Assembly: GCA_041601225.1 (NCBI GenBank)
Contig: JBFIIN010000001.1
Coordinates: forward strand, 1-33,697
Direction: 5' to 3'
Source: Oceanococcus sp.
Lineage (GTDB): Bacteria; Pseudomonadota; Gammaproteobacteria; Nevskiales; Oceanococcaceae
Length of the DNA: 33,697 nucleotides
Shown here: positions 27,466 through 33,697 of the stretch, in pieces
How positions within the stretch are numbered: position 1 is the stretch's first letter
Layout: the number at the start of each line of letters is the position of its first letter
The notes under the pieces: generated by a model
What the model was told of the DNA's origin: nothing
Seen by the model: only the letters and a program-made list of their open reading frames with translations
The model's database searches: none
Position numbers and translations under genes: made by a program

Positions 27466-28422
27466 ATGCCCCGTCGCCCGCAAGAGCTGTGTTCCGCCGC
27501 CGAGTTGGCGCGGCTGACCGAGAAATCGGATTGGTACGGAGCCTGGGCGCTGCTGTCGACCTGGGCAGCGATCGCCGCAATATTCGCTGTGGTGGCCTGG
27601 CAACCCCATGCGCTGACGGCGGTTCTGGGCGTCATCCTGCTGGGCGGACGGCAGCTGGCTCTGGCCGTACTGCAACACGAAGGAGCACACCGCACGCTGT
27701 TCCGTAGCCGGTGGCTCAATGACGTGGCCACCGACTGGCTGGCCGCTCGGCCGATCTGGTTGAATCAGGACAAGTATCGGCAGCACCATATCGGCCACCA
27801 TCGACATACCGGGACCGATCTGGACGCGGATGTGTCATTGCGCACGCCTTACCCCACCAGCCGTCGGTCGCTGACCCGAAAGCTGTTGCGCGACGCGAGT
27901 GGACTGACCGGCGTCAAATTGATTGTCGGCCTGCTGATGATGGACCTGGGCCTGATCAAATGGACCGTCACCAGTGATGTTCAGAAGCTGCCGCAGGCCG
28001 GCCGGGGCTGGCGGGATTATGCGGCCGGGCTGTGGCGCAATACCGGGCCTGTCGTGTTCACGAATGGCGTCCTGCTTGCCGCCCTGGCGGCCGCTGGCCA
28101 GGCCTGGCTCTATGGCCTTTGGGTGCTGGCCTTTATCACCGCATTTCCGCTGGTTACCCGCATCCGCTCCATCGCGGAACACGCCTGTCTTGAGGAAGGG
28201 CCGGACATATTCCGCAACACGCGGACCACGCGCGCCGGCTGGCTGGCGCGGGTCTTGGTCGCGCCCCTGCATGTGAACTATCACCTCGAGCATCATCTGC
28301 TGATGTCGGTGCCTTATTACCGACTGCCGCTCATGCACCGGCTGCTGCGGGACAAGGGCCTTGCCGATGCAGCCGGCGGCTACCTTGATGTCCTGAAGGT
28401 CGCCGGGTCGGCGCCGGCCTGA
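27466..28422 (+). CDS. Membrane fatty-acid desaturase family protein
   Basis: 318 aa. It has three His boxes (HEGAH, HHIGHHRH, HLEHHL) separated by hydrophobic helices. Confidence 0.85.
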   Translation: MPRRPQELCSAAELARLTEKSDWYGAWALLSTWAAIAAIFAVVAWQPHALTAVLGVILLGGRQLALAVLQHEGAHRTLFRSRWLNDVATDWLAARPIWLNQDKYRQHHIGHHRHTGTDLDADVSLRTPYPTSRRSLTRKLLRDASGLTGVKLIVGLLMMDLGLIKWTVTSDVQKLPQAGRGWRDYAAGLWRNTGPVVFTNGVLLAALAAAGQAWLYGLWVLAFITAFPLVTRIRSIAEHACLEEGPDIFRNTRTTRAGWLARVLVAPLHVNYHLEHHLLMSVPYYRLPLMHRLLRDKGLADAAGGYLDVLKVAGSAPA

Positions 28423-28507
28423 GCGGCATTCCGCCCAGTGACAACGCGGGCGCGGGCCGGGCCGCCGGGCAATTGAACCCGCTGCCCCCGGGCACGGGTC
28501 CAGCTAA

Positions 28508-29428
28508 CTAGCCCTTATCCTTGAAGCCCGCCAGACCAAAGTCACCAAAGGGCTCGTCGCGCTCACGTACCGCCTGTTTGAAACCCTTGTGCATTGCAGT
28601 CTGCTGGAAGGCATAGCCCTCAGCGGTATGCCGGGTGATGCCATCAAAGACGGTGCCCAGCATCTGGGTCGTATGCAGACCCTGCGCCATCAAGGTCTGA
28701 TTCAGCTGGAGTTTCATCATGATCAGCTGGTTAATCGGCATCCGCGCGATGCGCGCCAACAGGGACTCGCAGCGTTCATCGAGCTGATCGGCGGGCGCCG
28801 ACTCGATAGCCAAACCCCATGCCACGGCCTCCCTGCCGGACAGGCAATCGCCGGTAAACAGCAGGCGCTTGGCTTTTTCGACGCCGAGCCGGTAAGCCCA
28901 CAACGCGGTGGTCGGTGAGCCCCAAACCCGCGCGGGCGGATAGCCGATCTTGGCGTCATCGGCAATCATCAGCAGGTCCGAGCACAGGGCCATATCGGTT
29001 CCGCCGGCGACGCAAAAGCCGTGCACCTTGCAGACCACCGGCTTATCCGAATGGAACAGGCTCATGAAGCCTTTTACGTTGCGGCTCATCATCTGGTAAT
29101 CGACCATGGGATCCCAGGTCGTCCCCGGCAAGTGGTTGCGCAGCTGCACGGCGGGGTCCAGTGCCGAGCCGGGCAAATCGGCGGCCACACTGTTCTCCAG
29201 GGTTTGCTGTTCGGCGCTATCCACCAGGTCATAACCGCCGCAAAAACCGTTGCCATTTCCGGCCAGGACGATCACGTGAACTGCCGGATCCAGGTTCGCG
29301 CGCTCCACGCAGGCGGTTATTTCCCGCGGCATATCCAAAGTGATGCCGTTGCCGCGCCGCGGCCGGTTCAGAGTGATCCGGGCGATGCGATCGGCAGCGT
29401 CATAGGTCAGCGTCTTGAATTCGTTCAT
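28508..29428 (-). CDS. Enoyl-CoA hydratase/isomerase (crotonase) family protein, long form
   Basis: 306 aa. It shows ARITLNRPRRGNGI, VIVLAGNGNGFCGGYDL, and the oxyanion region HGFCVAGGTDMALCSDL. Confidence 0.85.
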   Translation of the reverse strand: MNEFKTLTYDAADRIARITLNRPRRGNGITLDMPREITACVERANLDPAVHVIVLAGNGNGFCGGYDLVDSAEQQTLENSVAADLPGSALDPAVQLRNHLPGTTWDPMVDYQMMSRNVKGFMSLFHSDKPVVCKVHGFCVAGGTDMALCSDLLMIADDAKIGYPPARVWGSPTTALWAYRLGVEKAKRLLFTGDCLSGREAVAWGLAIESAPADQLDERCESLLARIARMPINQLIMMKLQLNQTLMAQGLHTTQMLGTVFDGITRHTAEGYAFQQTAMHKGFKQAVRERDEPFGDFGLAGFKDKG

Positions 29429-30234
29429 TGGGGTTCCTGCGGGGCATCGATTTGACCGTGGCGACCGAAGCCGGCCGTGAAACGTGAAGCCCCCGCCGCG
29501 GTTTCGCCCGATTGCAGAGTCTGAAGTGCCAGCTCAAACTCCTGGGTGAGCGCCGCGCTTTCGGTCAAACCCCACTGCACATAAGTGCTTTGGCGGTCGT
29601 TGCGCAGACATTGTTGCGGGAATTCGGCAAGCTGCAGCGCCAGCTCTTCAGCCGCCGCAAGCGCCTGCCCGACAGGCACAACCCGATTGGCCAGGCCGAT
29701 TTGGAGGGCTTCCTCGGCCTGCACCGCGCGCCCCGTGAGAATCAGATCCAGCGCGCGGCTCATACCGATCAGGCGGGGCAACCGAACCGTACCACCATCA
29801 ATCAGCGGCACCCCGAAACGACGGCAGAACACCCCGAAGATTGCGCTTTCGTCGGCCACCCGCAGATCACACCAGCACGCCAGTTCCAGACCCCCGGCGA
29901 CGCAATAGCCGCTGACCGCCGCGATCACCGGCTTGGAAAGCCGCATGCGGCTGGGCCCCATAGGACCATCGCCGGCGCGATCGATGCGATTGGGGCGGGC
30001 CGGGTCGCCACTGGCGATGGCCTTCAGGTCCGCGCCGGCGCAAAAATGTCCACCGGCCCCGGTGAGGATCGCCACGGATTCCGCCGCAGCGGCGTCAAAA
30101 GCGCGCAGGGCGCCCGCCAGAGCCGCTGCGGTCGGACCGTCCACGCAATTGCGCAGTGCCGGTCTATCCAGGGTCAAAATTCGAACCGGACCACGCAATT
30201 CACTGCGCAAAGTCGCAGGCGCATCTTCGCTCAT
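29425..30234 (-). CDS. Enoyl-CoA hydratase/isomerase (crotonase) family protein
   Basis: 269 aa. It shows RILTLDRPALRNC, AILTGAGGHFCAGADLK and AVSGYCVAGGLELACWCDLRVA. A 4-nt overlap with the downstream crotonase gene is present. Confidence 0.88.
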   Translation of the reverse strand: MSEDAPATLRSELRGPVRILTLDRPALRNCVDGPTAAALAGALRAFDAAAAESVAILTGAGGHFCAGADLKAIASGDPARPNRIDRAGDGPMGPSRMRLSKPVIAAVSGYCVAGGLELACWCDLRVADESAIFGVFCRRFGVPLIDGGTVRLPRLIGMSRALDLILTGRAVQAEEALQIGLANRVVPVGQALAAAEELALQLAEFPQQCLRNDRQSTYVQWGLTESAALTQEFELALQTLQSGETAAGASRFTAGFGRHGQIDAPQEPQ

Positions 30235-30313
30235 GGGTCACCTCCCTGTTCATTACAAACATTAGCCGAAAAATCGAGTGATGTAACATCCGATTTCGTC
30301 ATCGGAGAGCGGA

Positions 30314-31432
30314 ATGAGCCCGGAGCAGGAACGCAAACTGCTGAAGCGGTGTTTCGCGCTGGCCCAGCGTGGAGAAACGCAACTTTCCGCGAGCGTCAGC
30401 ACCGCCGAGGTCAGCCGCTATACGGACGCGAGGCGCTATGCCCGCGAGCTGGAGCGCATATTTCGCGGGCGCGCGCTGGCGCTGGCCCATGTCTCCGAGC
30501 TTCCTGAGGCCAACAGCTTTCTCACCGTGAACAGCCCGCAGGGATCTCTGCTCCTTACCTGCAATTCGGCGGGCCGGATTCAGGCCTTTCACAATGTGTG
30601 CCGCCATCGTGGCACCCGCCTGGTCGATCCGCCTCGCGGTTGTGCGGCGCGCTTCCGTTGTCCCTATCACGCCTGGACCTATACCAACGATGGCGCCCTG
30701 GTCGGCGTGCCGCAGCAAGATCAAATGTTTCCCGACCTGAATCGGCCAGCGTATGGCCTGAAGGCCCTGCCCTGCGCGACGCATTTCGGTTTGATCTGGG
30801 TAGGCGTCCAGCCAGGCGGATGGACATTCGGCGGCCTGAACTCGGAACTGGCCGCGTTGCGACTCGACGAGATGCGGATATACGCCAGCGAGACCCGGGT
30901 CTGCAGAGCCAACTGGAAGATCATCGCCGAGGGTGGGCTCGAGGCGTACCACTTCCGTCATGCGCATCGTGCCACAATCGCCCCCTCCTTCTGCGACAAC
31001 CTTGCTCTGTATGAGGCCTTCGGCACGCACCTGCGGATGATCCTGCCACGCCGCAGCCTGGCGGAACTGCCCGTCGAGCCGCCGCCGGGCTCATTGCGCG
31101 CCCACGCCCACCTGATCTATGCGTTGTTTCCCGGTACGACACTGCTGGTGCAGGCGGATCATGTGGTGTGGATACGCGCCCTCCCGCTGGAGCCAGACCG
31201 GACCGCCATTCAGGTCAGCACGCTGGTGCCCGTGCGCGGGCCCGGGGCCAACCGGCCGGACCGCCACTGGCGAAGCAATCACCAGATCACCTGCGCGACC
31301 CTTGGCGAGGATTTCACGCTCGCCGAGAGCATCCAGAACGGCCTGCACGACGGAGCCAATGAAACCCTGTTATTCGGCCGCGGCGAAGGCGCTTTGGGAC
31401 TGTTCAAGCACATCGTCGATGAGTCTCTGTAA
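30314..31432 (+). CDS. Rieske [2Fe-2S] non-heme-iron oxygenase, alpha-subunit type (CMO/CntA-like short form)
   Basis: 372 aa. The Rieske motif is CRHRGTRL...CPYHAWTY. The mononuclear-iron region is NWKIIAEGGLEAYHFRHAH. No beta subunit or reductase gene lies adjacent. Confidence 0.85.
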   Translation: MSPEQERKLLKRCFALAQRGETQLSASVSTAEVSRYTDARRYARELERIFRGRALALAHVSELPEANSFLTVNSPQGSLLLTCNSAGRIQAFHNVCRHRGTRLVDPPRGCAARFRCPYHAWTYTNDGALVGVPQQDQMFPDLNRPAYGLKALPCATHFGLIWVGVQPGGWTFGGLNSELAALRLDEMRIYASETRVCRANWKIIAEGGLEAYHFRHAHRATIAPSFCDNLALYEAFGTHLRMILPRRSLAELPVEPPPGSLRAHAHLIYALFPGTTLLVQADHVVWIRALPLEPDRTAIQVSTLVPVRGPGANRPDRHWRSNHQITCATLGEDFTLAESIQNGLHDGANETLLFGRGEGALGLFKHIVDESL

Positions 31433-31471
31433 GATTCGCCTTCGCGCCATCCTCAAACCCAGGAATCCGTC

Positions 31472-32479
31472 ATGAGCGCAGCCGCCGTCAATCTGCAGGT
31501 CAGACTCGCCCAGCGTCCCGCAGGCATGCCGCGCGATGAATGCTGGGACGTCAGTTCCACGCCGGTCCCGCAACCGGGTGCCGGGGAAATTCTGGTGCGC
31601 AACGATTACATCTCGCTCGATCCGGCCATGCGCGGCTGGATTCGCGATGTGCGCTCCTATATCCCGCCAGTGCAGATCGGCGAGGTGATGCGCGCCGGCA
31701 CGGCGGGCGAAGTCGTGGCGTCAGGCAATCCCAAGTTTGCGGTGGGCACCAAGGTCTCTGGCTGGCTGGGCGTTCAGCAGTTCGCTGTCTCGGATGGACA
31801 GGACCTTGTCTCGGTGGATGATTCGGTGGCGCCATTGCCATTGTTCCTGGCCACCCTGGGCATGCCTGGCATGACCGCCTATTTCGGCCTGCTGGACGTC
31901 GGCCAGCCCCAGCCCGGTGACACCGTAGTGGTATCGGCCGCGGCGGGCGCGGTGGGCCAGGTCGCGGGCCAGATCGCCAAAATCAAGGGCTGTCGCGTGG
32001 TCGGCCTCGCGGGCAGCGCCGAGAAATGTCGCTATGTGGTCGATGAGCTGGGCTTCGACGCCTGCATTGATTACAAGAGCGAATCGGTTGCTGACAGCCT
32101 CAAGCAGCACTGCCCCAAGGGCGTGAACCTGTATTTCGACAATGTCGGCGGCGAAATCCTCGATCAGGTGCTGCGCCGGCTGGCACCAAAAGCGCGGGTC
32201 GTCATTTGCGGCGCGGTGTCGCAGTACAACAATGAAGGCCCCACCGTTGGTCCCTCCAATTACCTGACGCTGCTGGTCAGCCGGGCGCGCATGGAAGGCT
32301 TCGTGGTGATGGATTATGCCTCGCGCTACAGGGAGGCGGCGACCGACATGGCCGGCTGGATCGCCTCCGGACAGCTACTGAGCAAGCTGGATATCGTTGC
32401 CGGTCTGGAAAGTTTTCCGGCCACTTTGCGCAAGCTGTTTACCGGCGAAAACTTCGGCAAATTGCTGATCAAGGTTTAG
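31472..32479 (+). CDS. NADP-dependent oxidoreductase, zinc-independent MDR family (alkenal/enone reductase, YncB/CurA-like)
   Basis: 335 aa. It shows GEILVRNDYISLDPAMRGW, the nucleotide motif VVSAAAGAVGQVAGQIAK, and the C-terminal GENFGKLLIKV typical of this subfamily. Confidence 0.85.
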   Translation: MSAAAVNLQVRLAQRPAGMPRDECWDVSSTPVPQPGAGEILVRNDYISLDPAMRGWIRDVRSYIPPVQIGEVMRAGTAGEVVASGNPKFAVGTKVSGWLGVQQFAVSDGQDLVSVDDSVAPLPLFLATLGMPGMTAYFGLLDVGQPQPGDTVVVSAAAGAVGQVAGQIAKIKGCRVVGLAGSAEKCRYVVDELGFDACIDYKSESVADSLKQHCPKGVNLYFDNVGGEILDQVLRRLAPKARVVICGAVSQYNNEGPTVGPSNYLTLLVSRARMEGFVVMDYASRYREAATDMAGWIASGQLLSKLDIVAGLESFPATLRKLFTGENFGKLLIKV

Positions 32480-32490
32480 GCACCGCTTTC

Positions 32491-32991
32491 ATGAAACGCT
32501 TTTCCCATTCTGCTGAGCTGGCCTATTCGGCTGAACGCATCATCGCGCGGATCACCACGTCCGCGTATTTGCATTTTCGCTATACCGACCACGGGCTGAT
32601 CCACTCTGAGATCGAGATCTTGCGCGATGACGACGACGTGTTTGAGTGCCGCGTAGCCCGTGTCGCCGACACCTCGGGGCTGCCGGCCCTGGGTCGGAAG
32701 CTTCTGGGTCACCGGGTGGAGTTCGTGCAGGTCCACCGCTGGGAACGGCAAGGCCCGCCCTATCATGGTCAGTTGGAGATTGCGGTGACCGGCGTGCCCG
32801 GCTCGATTCGCACCGAACTGCGATTGCTGCCGGATGGCGACAATCAAAGCTGTTTCGCGGTCGAAGGCCAGATCGAGGCGCGGGTGCCTCTGCTTGGCGG
32901 CCAGATTGAGCGCATGCTGGCGAGCCGCGCCGAAGACAATTTCATTGCCGGGGTCAAGGCCATGCAAGACTTTATGGCCCAACAGGCCTGA
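32491..32991 (+). CDS. Small soluble protein, possibly DUF2505 / SRPBCC-like
   Basis: 166 aa with no TM segments. It is 11 nt downstream of the MDR gene. The pattern VPLLGGQIERML...AGVKAM recalls DUF2505 proteins. The family call is tentative. Confidence 0.4.
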   Translation: MKRFSHSAELAYSAERIIARITTSAYLHFRYTDHGLIHSEIEILRDDDDVFECRVARVADTSGLPALGRKLLGHRVEFVQVHRWERQGPPYHGQLEIAVTGVPGSIRTELRLLPDGDNQSCFAVEGQIEARVPLLGGQIERMLASRAEDNFIAGVKAMQDFMAQQA

Positions 32992-33008
32992 AGCACTAAA
33001 CTTGCGGC

Positions 33009-33697
33009 ATGTACAAATCGCTGCGTCAACAAACGCTGCATTATTTCGCCCGACCCCACCAGGCGATCTGCCGCGAGCCGCTTGCCGGGCCGCGGGCCTG
33101 GCGGGGTACCGATCTGCGCGCACAAGATGACTGGGTCGACCCGCTCAGCGCGGCCGACATAGCGGAACTTCACGACGCCGTGGAGCGGGCACTGGCGGTC
33201 GGGAAGCCCATGGGTCGGCTCAAGGCCAGCGACTTCCCCTTGCCGCGCTTGAGTCGCAGAATCGCCGGTTGGCGTGCGCAGGTCCGCCATGGTCGCGGTT
33301 TCGTGCTGGTTCGTGGCATTCCGGTACGCGACTGGTCCATGGAGCAGACCGAACTTTGCTACTGGGGCCTGGGCCAGCACCTGGGCATACCCGGAGCCCA
33401 GAATCCCCAAGGCGACCTGCTGGGTCATGTGCGCGATCAAAACACCGGCGAGGATGTCCGCTTTTATCGCACCAACAAGAACATCGCCGTGCATTGCGAT
33501 GCGGCCGACGTGGTCGGCCTGCTGTGCCTGCAATCCGCCAGAACCGGCGGCCTGTCGCGCCTGGTCAGTTCGGTCAGCGTGTATAACGAGTTGCTCGCCC
33601 AGGCCCCGGACTGCGTGGACCGCCTATATCGGCCGTTTTATTTTGACACCAAGGGCGAAGGTGGCCTGCGCGCCTTCCCGATCGCGCCATGCCGGTA
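33009..33697 (+). CDS. TauD/TfdA-family Fe(II)/2-oxoglutarate dioxygenase (3' end off-window)
   Basis: This ORF is not in the supplied track because it has no stop in the window. My own translation from the ATG at 33009 is MYKSLRQQTLHYF...RGFVLVRGIPV...LGHVRDQN...FYRTNKNIAVHCDAADVVGLLCLQSARTGGLSRLVSSVSVYNELL. It contains the H-x-D iron facial-triad motif in a TauD-like context. The antisense 229-aa track ORF (32844-33533) is a shadow. Confidence 0.7.
   Translation, partial: MYKSLRQQTLHYFARPHQAICREPLAGPRAWRGTDLRAQDDWVDPLSAADIAELHDAVERALAVGKPMGRLKASDFPLPRLSRRIAGWRAQVRHGRGFVLVRGIPVRDWSMEQTELCYWGLGQHLGIPGAQNPQGDLLGHVRDQNTGEDVRFYRTNKNIAVHCDAADVVGLLCLQSARTGGLSRLVSSVSVYNELLAQAPDCVDRLYRPFYFDTKGEGGLRAFPIAPCR

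Noticed and set aside
31167-31175. DnaA-box-like TGTGGATAC (8/9 match). Another partial match, TTATCCGC, lies at 732-739.
   Set aside because: These are isolated matches inside coding regions far from each other. No clustering or AT-rich unwinding element is present, so this is not an origin.
1-33697. Whole-window search by eye for tRNA (GGTTCGAATCC-type T-arms), rRNA, CRISPR repeat-spacer periodicity, transposase/integrase/phage genes, toxin-antitoxin pairs and known defence-system genes
   Set aside because: None was found. Apart from the MITE-like repeat at 8914-9082, the window looks like core chromosome plus one metabolic accessory cluster.

Overview
This is a high-GC (roughly mid-60s % by eye) chromosomal segment. 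Its gene content and order look gammaproteobacterial. I can support about 33 protein-coding genes, most of them core housekeeping.

Gene content, in order:
- Left end: a TetR-like remnant, a CFA-synthase-like methyltransferase, and DUF2878 and DUF4124 genes.
- Polyamine and adjacent genes: divergent speE/speA, typA/bipA, and two small paralogous unknown ORFs.
- A Pseudomonas-like syntenic block: purT and argH on the minus strand, then algZ(fimS)-algR-hemC-hemD-hemX-hemY.
- Next: a ferredoxin-reductase-type flavoprotein, an SDR gene, a lone DUF1329 lipoprotein-like gene, and an AstE/AspA-like deacylase plus retropepsin-like protease pair.
- Then: DUF962, a DUF945/YdgA-like gene and mnmG(gidA).
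- Right end: a probably accessory oxidative/acyl-CoA cluster that runs off the window. It holds a PaaX-like regulator, a membrane desaturase, two crotonases, a Rieske oxygenase, an MDR enone-reductase-like enzyme, a DUF2505/SRPBCC-like protein and a TauD/TfdA-like dioxygenase.

I see no rRNA, tRNA, CRISPR array, transposase, integrase, phage or recognisable defence genes. I do not see a clear-cut novel system. The observations most worth a second look are:
1. The tandem pair of membrane-anchored Cys4/DRR-repeat small proteins next to typA.
2. A roughly 155-bp MITE-like inverted-repeat element with a 7-bp flanking direct repeat at the purT stop codon.
3. An exact match to the AlgR algD-RB1/RB2 core 10-mer upstream of the DUF1329 gene, and CCGTnnGTC-type repeats in a 400-bp non-coding gap.
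4. The uncharacterised oxygenase/crotonase cluster downstream of mnmG.

Many long antisense or extended ORFs in the six-frame track are high-GC shadow ORFs and were rejected.
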